Shown here: in pieces, positions 1-9,514 of the stretch
Layout of the letters: every line of letters starts with the position of its first letter
Position numbering within the stretch: the first letter of the stretch is position 1
Origin: an uncultured Clostridiaceae bacterium
GTDB lineage: Bacteria > Bacillota_I > Bacilli_A > RFN20 > CAG-288
Length of the DNA: 58,598 nucleotides
Direction: 5' to 3'
Assembly: GCA_964427595.1 (NCBI GenBank)
Contig: CAYRUQ010000006.1
Coordinates: 1 to 58,598, forward strand
Program-made: the position numbers and the translations under genes
Notes under the pieces: generated by a model
Told to the model about the DNA's origin: nothing
What the model saw: only the letters and a program-made list of their open reading frames with translations
Database searches by the model: none

Positions 1-66
1 ATTGATTTTAAGTATCGCTGTAAAATTTTGAGTTTTCTTAGGTTTAGAAAGGAACCATACTGAATT

Positions 67-249
67 ATGAATAAAAATTTGTTTTTCTTTGCGTTGATGA
101 TGTTTTCCTGCTTTTTATTGTTGAGCGGTTCAATAATATATGTCAGTGAAATTCCTGCTTCATTTGGTTTCTTTGCTTTATCAGGTGTTTTTTGTCTTGT
201 TGGAATTTTAGGCTTTATTTTCCTTACTAAAGATAAGAAGAACGAGTAA
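67..249 (+). CDS. Small membrane protein (2 predicted TM helices), unknown function
   Basis: 60-aa ORF with two hydrophobic stretches and a basic C-terminal tail; purine-rich AAGGA upstream. Confidence 0.6.
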   Translation: MNKNLFFFALMMFSCFLLLSGSIIYVSEIPASFGFFALSGVFCLVGILGFIFLTKDKKNE

Positions 250-294
250 TAAAAACGCTAAGTAAATTAAAGCTACAATCAGTATTTGTGATTT

Positions 295-1584
295 TTATAA
301 CTCCAGACTATTCGGATCTAATAGAAAGTTAATAAGACCTATAGTGACAATGCCCTCCTCATCAGTGATAGGACGGATATTATCTTTTACTACGATTATT
401 TTCTTAAAAGAATCACCGACTTTATTTAGAGAACGTTTTTCTTGATAAAGTTTTTCTTCAGTAGGCATTTCATAAGCTGACTGAATGTAATATTTTTTGT
501 TGCCTTTATTAGCGATGAAGTCGATTTCGAGTTGTTTTAGTTTTCTTTTACCATCGATAGTTTCTTTGCTTTTAACAACGCCTACATCAACAGAATACCC
601 ACGAACTTTCAATTCATTGAAGATGATATTTTCCATGATGTGATTCTCTTCTATCTGTCTAAAATTAAGACGGGCATTACGTAAACCAACATCAGTCATA
701 TAGTATTTAAGTGGGGTTTCAAAATACTTTTTGCCTTTTATGTCATAACGTTTAGCACTAGCAAATAAGAAAGCATCACTTAGATAATTAAGATAGTTTT
801 TAACAGTTGCATCACTGATTGATTTTCCTTTAACGCTCTTCAAAGTATCAGAAATCTTCTTTGGATTAGTAAGTGATCCGATAGCTGAACAAAGGAAATC
901 AACAATAGAATCCATCTCATCTGGATGCTGAATGTTGTTTCGTTCGACTATATCTGAAAGATAAACCTTAGAAACGAGATTCTTCAAATAATTGATTTTC
1001 TGTTCTTCGGTATTTCGTTCAAAGAGTGCAGGCATGCCACCATATAGCGAATACTCGTTCCAAGCCTCATATTTATCTCCACCTTTTGCTGAATAAAACT
1101 CACTGAATGATAACGGATAAACTCTCACTTCATCTCCTCTGCCACGAAATTCAGTAAGAATGTCACTTGATAGGAATCTTGAATTACTGCCAGTCACATA
1201 TACATCGAGAGTCTTTTTATATAAATATCCGTTTAAAACAGCTTCAAACGAGCCCAATTGTTGAACTTCATCTAAAAGAAGGTAATATTTTTCACCATCA
1301 ATAAGTTTGCTTTTGATATATGCCGAAAATTTATGTGGATCAACTTTGCGTTTGTTTTCAGCAAGGTCTAGCATGTTTTCGCCAATCTTTTCAAGATCAT
1401 CTTCTGAATCAAAAGCGAATTTGATGATGTGGTTTTCATCAATACCTCGACTGAGTAAGTATTCACCGAAAATATCAAAAAGCAGGACGGATTTCCCACA
1501 TCGACGAAGACCGGTTATCACTTTGATTGAACCATTATGCATTCTGTCGATCAGTCTTTGTAAATACAGATCTCGTTTTATCAT
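295..1584 (-). CDS. AAA_14 ATPase with C-terminal DUF4143 (PD-(D/E)xK-like) domain
   Basis: Walker A GLRRCGKS, Walker B LLLDEVQ, VTGSNS, YGGMP, DVGLRN, EIDFIA...YYIQSAY tail; ATG at 1584 follows AGGTG RBS. Confidence 0.9.
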   Translation of the reverse strand: MIKRDLYLQRLIDRMHNGSIKVITGLRRCGKSVLLFDIFGEYLLSRGIDENHIIKFAFDSEDDLEKIGENMLDLAENKRKVDPHKFSAYIKSKLIDGEKYYLLLDEVQQLGSFEAVLNGYLYKKTLDVYVTGSNSRFLSSDILTEFRGRGDEVRVYPLSFSEFYSAKGGDKYEAWNEYSLYGGMPALFERNTEEQKINYLKNLVSKVYLSDIVERNNIQHPDEMDSIVDFLCSAIGSLTNPKKISDTLKSVKGKSISDATVKNYLNYLSDAFLFASAKRYDIKGKKYFETPLKYYMTDVGLRNARLNFRQIEENHIMENIIFNELKVRGYSVDVGVVKSKETIDGKRKLKQLEIDFIANKGNKKYYIQSAYEMPTEEKLYQEKRSLNKVGDSFKKIIVVKDNIRPITDEEGIVTIGLINFLLDPNSLEL

Positions 1585-1608
1585 ATTTATCACCTAAATA
1601 GAAAATAA

Positions 1609-1620
1609 TGGACATGTCCA
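1609..1620. promoter_or_regulatory. Perfect 12-bp palindrome TGGACATGTCCA, putative operator of the AAA/DUF4143 gene
   Basis: Flanked by A-run and T-run; lies between a minus-strand promoter (TTGACG 1663-1668, 16 nt, TACAAT 1641-1646) and the RBS. Confidence 0.5.
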
Positions 1621-1863
1621 CTTTTTTCGAAGTCAACTGTATTGTAATGTTATTTTTTTACTCGTCAAGTAGAGAAGAATAAAGAACTGAAATTTGACTA
1701 TCTTTGAAAGGGTGTTTTCTTGTGTTATATTGAAAGCGGAAATACTACTTTTTATTTTGCTTCTACTAGTCAAATCAATTAAAAATCTCCATTGATAGTA
1801 ATGCTTTTATGACACATTAAATTAAGCAGAGTAAAATATCTTTGATTACAAAGGAGTAACGAG

Positions 1864-3348
1864 ATGAATAATGTGCCGCAAATTAAAGTAGGGATCGTAG
1901 CTGTATCACGTGACTGCTTCCCGAAGAGCCTTTCTGTAAATAGAAGGGCTGCTTTATGTGCTGAATACACTAAGCGCTATGGGAAAGAAGACATCTATGA
2001 ATGCCCTATCTGCATAGTTGAAAGTGAGACACAAGCATCAGAAGCACTTGATGATGTTCTCAAAGCAGGGTGCAACGCTCTCGTCGTTTATCTTGGTAAT
2101 TTCGGTCCTGAGATTTCTGAGACCATGCTCGCTCAGAAGTGGGCTGCTAAGACTGGAGGATATCCGGTTATGTTCATCGCCGCTGCTGAAGAGAATATCC
2201 CCGTCCTTTCATCTGATAGAGGAGATGCTTATTGCGGAATGCTCAATGCAAGCTACAATTTAAAGCTTCGTGGCGTTAAAGCGTATATTCCTGAATATCC
2301 TGTCGGTGATGCTGGTGAATGTGCGGATATGATTCATCAATTCGTTCCTATCGCCCGTGCTTTAGTCGGATTGAAGGATTTAAAGATCATCTCCTTTGGC
2401 CCTCGTCCTCAAAACTTCTTAGCTTGTAATGCGCCAGTCAAACAACTTTATTCACTCGGTGTTGAAATAGAAGAGAACTCTGAGCTTGATTTATATGAGA
2501 GCTTCTTAAAACATGCTGATGATAAGCGTATTCCTGAAGTAGTCGCAGACATGACAAAAGAGCTTGGAAAAGGAAACAAACTACCTAGTATTCTTCCTTC
2601 TCTCGCTCAATATGAACTCACTCTTCTTGATTGGATAGAAGCTCATCGAGGTGCGAGTAAGTATGTGGCTATCGCTGGTAAGTGTTGGCCTGCTTTCCAA
2701 ACGATGTTCGGATTTGTCCCTTGCTATGTCAATTCTCGTCTGACGGGTAGAGGAATACCAGTCAGTTGTGAAGTCGACATTTATGGTGTTTTATCTGAAT
2801 ATATCGGAACTTGTATCTCATGTGATGCGGTCACTTTACTTGATATCAATAACACGGTTCCTAAAGATATCTTTGAAGCTGATATCAAGGGTAAATTCCC
2901 TTATAAACATACTGATACTTTCATGGGTTTCCATTGCGGAAACACTTGTTCCAAACTCATCTGTGATCCAGTGATGAAGAATCAGAAGATCATGGCTCGC
3001 TCACTTCCTGAAGAAGTCACTTTCGGAACCTTAGAAGGCGATATCAAACCTAGTAATATCACTTTCTATCGTCTTCAATCAACAGCTGATAGCCGATTGC
3101 TCGCTTATGTCGCTGAGGGCGAAGTTTTACCTGTCGCTACTAGAAGTTTCGGATCAATCGGTGTCTTTGCTATTGAAGAGATGGGACGTTTCTATCGTCA
3201 TGTATTGATTGAAAGAGGATTCCCTCATCATGGTGCAGTAGCTTTCGGACACTATGGCAAAGAGCTCTTTGAAGTATTCAAATATCTTGGTGTTGAAAGC
3301 ATCGGCTATAACCAAAAAGAGAAATACGATACAGAAAATCCCTTTTAA
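1864..3348 (+). CDS. L-fucose/L-arabinose isomerase family protein (probable pentose isomerase)
   Basis: GNFGPE, GDAYCG, KCWP, CEVDIYG, FHCGN and FPHHGAV motifs of the FucI-like family; first gene upstream of a sugar kinase and araD. Confidence 0.8.
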   Translation: MNNVPQIKVGIVAVSRDCFPKSLSVNRRAALCAEYTKRYGKEDIYECPICIVESETQASEALDDVLKAGCNALVVYLGNFGPEISETMLAQKWAAKTGGYPVMFIAAAEENIPVLSSDRGDAYCGMLNASYNLKLRGVKAYIPEYPVGDAGECADMIHQFVPIARALVGLKDLKIISFGPRPQNFLACNAPVKQLYSLGVEIEENSELDLYESFLKHADDKRIPEVVADMTKELGKGNKLPSILPSLAQYELTLLDWIEAHRGASKYVAIAGKCWPAFQTMFGFVPCYVNSRLTGRGIPVSCEVDIYGVLSEYIGTCISCDAVTLLDINNTVPKDIFEADIKGKFPYKHTDTFMGFHCGNTCSKLICDPVMKNQKIMARSLPEEVTFGTLEGDIKPSNITFYRLQSTADSRLLAYVAEGEVLPVATRSFGSIGVFAIEEMGRFYRHVLIERGFPHHGAVAFGHYGKELFEVFKYLGVESIGYNQKEKYDTENPF

Positions 3349-3350
3349 AT

Positions 3351-4877
3351 ATGAGTAAATTGGTTTTAGGCATAGAATTCGGATCTACCCGAATCAAATC
3401 TGTGCTGTGTGATGAATTTGGTAAAGTGCTCTCTTCTGGTAATTTTGACTGGGAGAACGATTATGTTGATGGGCATTGGTCTTATCCGTTAGATAAAGTT
3501 TTACTCGGTCTAAAAGAGAGTTACAGAAAGCTAGCTGAGAATTATAAAACTCCGATCACACATCTTGATGCGATCGGTATTTCTGCCATGATGCATGGTT
3601 ATCTAGCTTTTGATGAGTCTTGGAATCTATTAGCTCCTTTTAGAACTTGGAGAGATACCACTACTTCGGAAGCATCGAAGATACTCACTGAGACTCTCGA
3701 GTTTAATATGCCTCAACGTTGGAGTGCGACTCATTATTACCAAGCTCTTTTAAACAAAGAAGACTCAGCTAAGAAAGTCGCACATCTTACCACTTTAGCT
3801 GGCTATGTACACTTCCTATTAACTGGTGAGAATGTTCTTGGCGCTAATGATGCTAGCGGAATGTTCCCTCTTCTTGGAGAAAACTATGATGAAAGACTGA
3901 TCGAAAAATTCGATAAACTTGCTGATACTGATTTAAAGTCACTACTTCCGAAAGTTTTATCAGCTGGTAAAGTAGCTGGTCATCTAATAAAAGAAGGTGC
4001 TCTTCTTTTAGATCCTACAGGAACACTGAAAGAAGGTGCACTTTTCTGCCCTCCTGAAGGAGATATGGGCACTGGTATGGTCTGTACTAATTCAATATCA
4101 CTTTCTACTGGACAAATATCATCAGGGACTAGCGCTAACTTCACTGTCGTTTTAGAAAAACCGCTCAAGCGTTACTATCCTCAAATTGATATCGTAGCTA
4201 CTCCTGATGGTTATCCAGCAGCTTTGATTCATACTAATAATTGCACTACGGAAATTAACGAATGGGTCTCACTTTTCTCTGAAGTAGCTGATTTATGCGG
4301 GGCTAAAATTGATAGAGATGAATTATTTAGATTGCTCTTTAATAAAGCGGCAGGTAGTGATCAGGAAGTAGGAAAGATAACAGCTTATAACTTCTTAGGT
4401 GGTGAGCCTTTAGCTGAGACGATCAAAGGTGCTCCTTTAGTCGTGAGAGATTGTGATGGAAATCTCAATCTTTCTAACTTCATGCAAGCTTTGATTTATT
4501 CGGCTATCGCTTCTCTTTCTTTAGGTATGGATATCCTGAGAAAAGAAGATGTGAGACTTTCTGTTGTCAACGCACATGGCGGTTTTTATAGGACTGATTT
4601 AGTCGGTCAGATAGCCACTAGTGCGATATTAAATGCTCCAGTTACTATCATGAGCAATGCTGGAGAAGGCGGTGCCTGGGGAATCGCTCTTCTTGCCTCT
4701 TATACTTTAAAAGGAAAAGGAAGCTTACAAGAATATCTTGATGAAGTGTTTGCTGATGTTGAAATCAACACTATCCTTGCTGATGAAGAACAGATTCAAA
4801 AAGCTCAAACTTTCTTAAAGAACTATAAGAAGTATTTATCGGTAGAGAAACTTGCCTCGGAGGTGGATGATGCTTGA
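3351..4877 (+). CDS. FGGY-family carbohydrate kinase (probable L-ribulokinase, AraK-like)
   Basis: LGIEFGSTRIK, GISAMMHG, FRTWR, PPEGD, S(S)GTS, HGG and EGGAWG motifs; operon context. Confidence 0.85.
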   Translation: MSKLVLGIEFGSTRIKSVLCDEFGKVLSSGNFDWENDYVDGHWSYPLDKVLLGLKESYRKLAENYKTPITHLDAIGISAMMHGYLAFDESWNLLAPFRTWRDTTTSEASKILTETLEFNMPQRWSATHYYQALLNKEDSAKKVAHLTTLAGYVHFLLTGENVLGANDASGMFPLLGENYDERLIEKFDKLADTDLKSLLPKVLSAGKVAGHLIKEGALLLDPTGTLKEGALFCPPEGDMGTGMVCTNSISLSTGQISSGTSANFTVVLEKPLKRYYPQIDIVATPDGYPAALIHTNNCTTEINEWVSLFSEVADLCGAKIDRDELFRLLFNKAAGSDQEVGKITAYNFLGGEPLAETIKGAPLVVRDCDGNLNLSNFMQALIYSAIASLSLGMDILRKEDVRLSVVNAHGGFYRTDLVGQIATSAILNAPVTIMSNAGEGGAWGIALLASYTLKGKGSLQEYLDEVFADVEINTILADEEQIQKAQTFLKNYKKYLSVEKLASEVDDA

Positions 4878-5568
4878 AAGATATAAGAAACTAGTTTATG
4901 AAGCTAATCTTGAATTAGTCAAATACAAGCTTGTCTTGTTCACCTGGGGAAATGTCTCTGCTATTGATAGAGAAACAGGACTAGTGATAATCAAACCAAG
5001 TGGTGTTGATTACGACAAGATGAGACCTGTCGATATGGTCGTCGTTGATTTAGATGGCAATGTGGTTGAAGGTGATTTAAGACCTTCATCTGATACACCT
5101 ACTCATCTTGAACTCTACAAAGCCTTTAAAGATATCGGTGGTATAGTTCATACTCATTCTTCTTATGCGACTTCTTTTGCACAGGCTGAACGTTCGCTTC
5201 CTTTTTATGGAACGACTCACGCTGATTATTTCTATGGAGATATACCTTGTGTGAGAGATCTTAAAAAAGAAGAGATGGATGAGTATGAGAAAAACACCGG
5301 TAAAGCGATAATAGAGACTTTCCAAGATAAAGATGTAGTCTCTCTTCCTGGGTGCGTAGTCTCTCATCACGGAGTTTTCGCTTGGGGTAAAGATGCCAAA
5401 CAAGCCGTCTATCATGCCACCGTGCTTGAAGAAGTAGCTAAGATGGCTTTCTTGACTGAAAGTCTCACTGACAATCCAAAAAGACTTCCCAAACATATCG
5501 CTGATAAACATTACGAAAGAAAGCATGGTAAAAACGCCTATTACGGGCAAATTACTGATAAGAAATAG
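4870..5568 (+). CDS. araD: L-ribulose-5-phosphate 4-epimerase
   Basis: TWGNVS, IKPSGVDY, PSSDTPTH, HTHS, GTTHADYF, RKHGKNAYYGQ. Confidence 0.95.
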   Translation: MLERYKKLVYEANLELVKYKLVLFTWGNVSAIDRETGLVIIKPSGVDYDKMRPVDMVVVDLDGNVVEGDLRPSSDTPTHLELYKAFKDIGGIVHTHSSYATSFAQAERSLPFYGTTHADYFYGDIPCVRDLKKEEMDEYEKNTGKAIIETFQDKDVVSLPGCVVSHHGVFAWGKDAKQAVYHATVLEEVAKMAFLTESLTDNPKRLPKHIADKHYERKHGKNAYYGQITDKK

Positions 5569-5591
5569 ATGGATTTTGTTGATACAAACGA

Positions 5592-5626
5592 CCGCTACAA
5601 AATGTACTGCTTTTGTGGTAGTTTTT
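5592..5626 (+). terminator. Putative intrinsic terminator after araD
   Basis: Imperfect stem GCTACAAAA...TTTTGTGGT followed by T-run, between convergent genes. Confidence 0.5.
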
Positions 5627-5671
5627 CTTATGTTTAAATTAAAAACTTATTACAGTAGTAACAACTTGGTT

Positions 5672-6655
5672 TTACTCTAATTTCAAATTAACAGAAGCAT
5701 TATTTTCTAAAATCTCAAGATAGGTAGTGTTATTAGCTATCGTATATTCATAACTTGAAGAAGTTTCGGAAGAAGAGAAAGCGAGACTATAAGCATTTGA
5801 GCCATCACTAACATAGATATAAACCATGAAAGTATGGCCAATCGGATATTTAATTTTTGAGAAAGATAAGGAGTCATCTTTAAATTCTAAAAGATCATAA
5901 CTGATAGTATAAGTTTCATTAGCTCCATAAACCGCCTCATTATCATAGAAATAGAAAGTGAGAGTGGTCGGTGTAGAAGAGCCGAGTTTAGAAGAAACTT
6001 TAGAATCTAAATTAGAAAGATCAAGGTTGAGAGTAGTTGTATAAGTGTCTACCTCGATAGTTCCATACTCACCGACAGTGACAGGAACGCAGAGATTTGC
6101 GGTGACAGAAGAGATGGAACTTGATCCGTTGTTAGGTCTAACTTGTAAAAGGACATTAGTGGTACCGGCCGAGATCATAGAACGATCGATTCTGATTCTT
6201 AAACCGACGATCTCATTTGTTCCATTTGAGCCATTGATATCTGTGTCAAGGATGGTACTTAACTCCATCGCATCATCAGGGATAATCGTTTGATCTTCAG
6301 AAGTTAAAACTGTGTAATTGGAGTTTAAAGCTGTGACAAGAGACCAAGAGCTATCACAACTGAAGGTGATAGAAGCTTTAAAAGAATTCGAGCTCGCATA
6401 ATTGATATGATCTTCTGAAATGGTAGAGATGACATAAGAATCTTCATCAGCACTCACACCATTGCTAGTTAGAGAGGTGGTGAAATCATATCCACTTGAA
6501 GAAGAAGTATCAGTAGTTTCAGAAGAAACAATTGAAGTACTGGCCGATGAAGAATCAGTTGTAGAAGTAGATGAAGTAGAACTATCACTATTAGAACAAC
6601 CTGTGGCTAGGAAGGAAAGAGATAATAAAGCACCTAAAATCAGTTTTCTATCCAT
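5672..6655 (-). CDS. Ser/Thr-rich acidic lipoprotein, unknown function
   Basis: Signal peptide with lipobox ATGC followed by a Ser/Thr linker. Confidence 0.8.
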   Translation of the reverse strand: MDRKLILGALLSLSFLATGCSNSDSSTSSTSTTDSSSASTSIVSSETTDTSSSSGYDFTTSLTSNGVSADEDSYVISTISEDHINYASSNSFKASITFSCDSSWSLVTALNSNYTVLTSEDQTIIPDDAMELSTILDTDINGSNGTNEIVGLRIRIDRSMISAGTTNVLLQVRPNNGSSSISSVTANLCVPVTVGEYGTIEVDTYTTTLNLDLSNLDSKVSSKLGSSTPTTLTFYFYDNEAVYGANETYTISYDLLEFKDDSLSFSKIKYPIGHTFMVYIYVSDGSNAYSLAFSSSETSSSYEYTIANNTTYLEILENNASVNLKLE

Positions 6656-6714
6656 AAATAATCTCCGTTTTTATTACTAAGTTATTTAAAGCACAAAGAG
6701 TATAGCAAATACTA

Positions 6715-8133
6715 TTAGTTTTCCAAAAAGTAGCTATCGACTAGTTCTTTGCCACCTTTCTTAAAGACGACACCATCTTTGATTAAGATGGCATCATCAC
6801 ATAAAGCAGTTGCACAACGGACATCATGGGTGATTGTGATCATCGTATTTTTAGTTTTCTCATGGATGTTATTTAAGGCGGTGACTAATTTTTCTAAGAA
6901 ATCATAATCTTGGCCGACTGTCGGTTCATCAAGAAGGACGACATCTGGTTTACCAGCCATGATAGCTGCGATAGAAAGTCTTCTTTTTTGACCTTCTGAT
7001 AAGGATTGTGGATGTCTATCAAATAAAGAAGTGAGTTCAAATATCTCAGCGATTTCAAGAGCATACTCTTCGGAGAAAGCGGAGAAGAGAAGCTCTTTTT
7101 TAACAGTAGGCATGAAAAGCTGATAATCAGGATTTTGATAAATGACACCAACTTTTTTAAACCATTTTCTCGATCCTCTCTTTTTATTTTTTAAAGAAGG
7201 ATCAAAGTTTTGTGTGATCATTCCATCACTAGGTTTAGATAGCTTAGAAATAAGACGAAGAAGAGTGGTTTTACCACAGCCGTTTTCACCTAATATCACA
7301 CTTCTTCTGCCTTTGAGAAAATCGACATTTATATCTTTTAAGATAGTCTTCTCTTTCACCTTATATGAGACTTGTTTTAAAGAAAAGCAACTTGTATCTG
7401 AGTCAAAAGAAGTGCAAGCATCTTCAATCCTTCTAGTCTGTTTCTTTAAGTAATCGTCTTTTGCTTCAACTTCACTGATTTTTCCTTCATGTAAATCAAG
7501 GACTCTATCAGCATAGGGAAGAACCATATCTAAACGATGTTCGATGACGATGATAGCATAAGAAGCTTGAGCCAGTTTCTTTAAAGTAGTCATCAGGTTT
7601 CTTCCACCTTCTTTATCTAAGTTAGCTAAAGGTTCATCAAGAAGAAGGATCTTTTGTCCCATCGCTAAAGTAGAAGCCGTAATCAAGCGTTGTTTTTGAC
7701 CACCGGAAAGAGATCTGCACTCTGCTTTTCTATCTAACTTCATCATGTTAGTGACGAGTTCTATTTGATTTTCCATCTTCTCTTTAGGAAAAGCTAAGTT
7801 TTCTAAAGAGAAGGCTATTTCATCTTCAACGATCTTTTGAATTATCTGAGAATCGGCGTTTTGAAGGACGACTCCTACTTTTCGGCAGATGTTTTCAATC
7901 TTTTGATTGATGATTGATTTCCCATCGATTAAGACATCACCTTTGAGGTATCCGTAATTAATATTTGGGATGATTCCAGAAAGGATGTTTAAAATCGTGC
8001 TTTTTCCTTCACCAGAGTGACCAGAAAGAAGCACTAATTCACCATGATTAATGCTGAAAGAGACATGTTCTAGAATCGGTTGATCTTCTTCATAACAGAA
8101 GGAGACATCTTTAAGTTCAATCGCTTTATTCAT
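6715..8133 (-). CDS. ECF transporter tandem ATPase (fused A-A')
   Basis: Two ABC domains: GHSGEGKS/LSGGQ/LLLDEP and GENGCGKT/LSEGQ/LLDEPTVGQD. Confidence 0.9.
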   Translation of the reverse strand: MNKAIELKDVSFCYEEDQPILEHVSFSINHGELVLLSGHSGEGKSTILNILSGIIPNINYGYLKGDVLIDGKSIINQKIENICRKVGVVLQNADSQIIQKIVEDEIAFSLENLAFPKEKMENQIELVTNMMKLDRKAECRSLSGGQKQRLITASTLAMGQKILLLDEPLANLDKEGGRNLMTTLKKLAQASYAIIVIEHRLDMVLPYADRVLDLHEGKISEVEAKDDYLKKQTRRIEDACTSFDSDTSCFSLKQVSYKVKEKTILKDINVDFLKGRRSVILGENGCGKTTLLRLISKLSKPSDGMITQNFDPSLKNKKRGSRKWFKKVGVIYQNPDYQLFMPTVKKELLFSAFSEEYALEIAEIFELTSLFDRHPQSLSEGQKRRLSIAAIMAGKPDVVLLDEPTVGQDYDFLEKLVTALNNIHEKTKNTMITITHDVRCATALCDDAILIKDGVVFKKGGKELVDSYFLEN

Positions 8134-8807
8134 AAGACGAATACCAATACTGTGAGAGTGATGAAGATGAGAGTAAAAAGCAAATCTACAATAGTTAATT
8201 TCTCAGGTTTATAGACGGTGTAAGGGACTTTCGCTAAAGTGAATCCTCTAGTTTCAACTGATAAAGCTAAAGTATCAGAGATATTGACTAGCCTTGTCAC
8301 AAACGGGATTAAAAACGCTCTGTATAGAATCTTAGGATTGAGGATGTTACCAGCTCCTCTAGTTTTCATCGCTTCTCTGACTCTCTTGATCTCTTGCCTT
8401 AAAAGAGGCATGAAAGACATCGCAATCAACATTCCTAAAGTGAGAGCTCTAGGAGTCTTTAATTGAGAGAGATTTCTCGTCATTCTGACTGCTGTTGTTC
8501 CAACTCCAGGAAGAAGACCGACGAAGAAGGCTGCGAATCTATTAGCCATCGTCCAACCGGAAGTGAACTCATCCGTCAGATAGTAATAGATGATGAAGAA
8601 GATGCCAGAGACGATGATAAAAGGAGGCAGAGCCTTCAAACATTCTTTGTAATAACCGAAGATGAAAAGAAGAACATAGATGCAAGCTAAGTAAATTGAA
8701 CAATACAAAACATCGCTAGCCAAAAGAAGGCCGACCACTAAAACGGTAAGACCGATCAGCAAAGCTAAAAGAGGATAAAGCTTTAGGCGAAAAGTTTTAA
8801 GACTCAT
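8130..8807 (-). CDS. ECF transporter transmembrane component T (CbiQ/EcfT)
   Basis: Hydrophobic, with the two X-Arg-X motifs AMKTRG and SVETRG. Confidence 0.9.
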   Translation of the reverse strand: MSLKTFRLKLYPLLALLIGLTVLVVGLLLASDVLYCSIYLACIYVLLFIFGYYKECLKALPPFIIVSGIFFIIYYYLTDEFTSGWTMANRFAAFFVGLLPGVGTTAVRMTRNLSQLKTPRALTLGMLIAMSFMPLLRQEIKRVREAMKTRGAGNILNPKILYRAFLIPFVTRLVNISDTLALSVETRGFTLAKVPYTVYKPEKLTIVDLLFTLIFITLTVLVFVL

Positions 8808-9514
8808 TTTTTGATGATGCCAGCTTTTTTAAGTTCCTTAACGATGATGACACCAAGGAGAGAACCGACAAAACAGATAGCGATGACAGCTATCGACATA
8901 CCGATAGCTGTTCCAGCTGAAGAATTGAGGAAGGCTTGAACTGCTTCACCGGTTTCATCAGTCACTGTATACATGAAGTTGTAGTAAATATATAGGAAAG
9001 GAAGAGAGAGGGGGAAATAGATGGTGCCTGCGAATAAACAACTAACATTCTTCTTATAGCCTCTGAAGATGAGAAGTGTAAGACCTTCAGTAATCAATGC
9101 ACAGATCAACAGACAGAAGAACATGACTGGATTCATGAATACTAAGATGACACCACAGCAAATGGACATGAAAAGGAGGGAACCAGGTTTTCTGACTTTC
9201 ATCATTCCGATAGTTGGGAAGAGAGAGAACTGTAATCCTAAGCAGACTTGAATGATGCCGAAGATAGGGATGTGGGCAGTAAGAGACATGAAGGCAGAGG
9301 TGACTAGCATACAACAAGTCATGATGGCTAAGAAGACGATGTCTTTGATCTTGAACATCTTGAAGATCTTGTTTTCATCTTCGACACTCTCTTCTTTTTT
9401 CTCGGGTTCACTCTCTTCGACAGGAGTGACACTTTCAGCATTAGAGATCAGTTCATCGGCTGAGGATAAAGAAGACTCTTCGATTTCTGTTTCTTTCTTT
9501 TCTTCTTCTAGCAT
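8804..9514 (-). CDS. ECF transporter S component (MptD/Trep_Strep-like) with acidic N-terminal extension
   Basis: About 6 TM helices, KIKDIV start, KVRKPG, C-terminal LKKAGII; adjacent to EcfT and EcfAA. Confidence 0.8.
   Translation of the reverse strand: MLEEEKKETEIEESSLSSADELISNAESVTPVEESEPEKKEESVEDENKIFKMFKIKDIVFLAIMTCCMLVTSAFMSLTAHIPIFGIIQVCLGLQFSLFPTIGMMKVRKPGSLLFMSICCGVILVFMNPVMFFCLLICALITEGLTLLIFRGYKKNVSCLFAGTIYFPLSLPFLYIYYNFMYTVTDETGEAVQAFLNSSAGTAIGMSIAVIAICFVGSLLGVIIVKELKKAGIIKK

Noticed and set aside
5086-5550. 154-aa antisense ORF within araD, and the many other short ORFs nested in long genes
   Set aside because: Shadow ORFs arising from codon bias; no RBS or motifs
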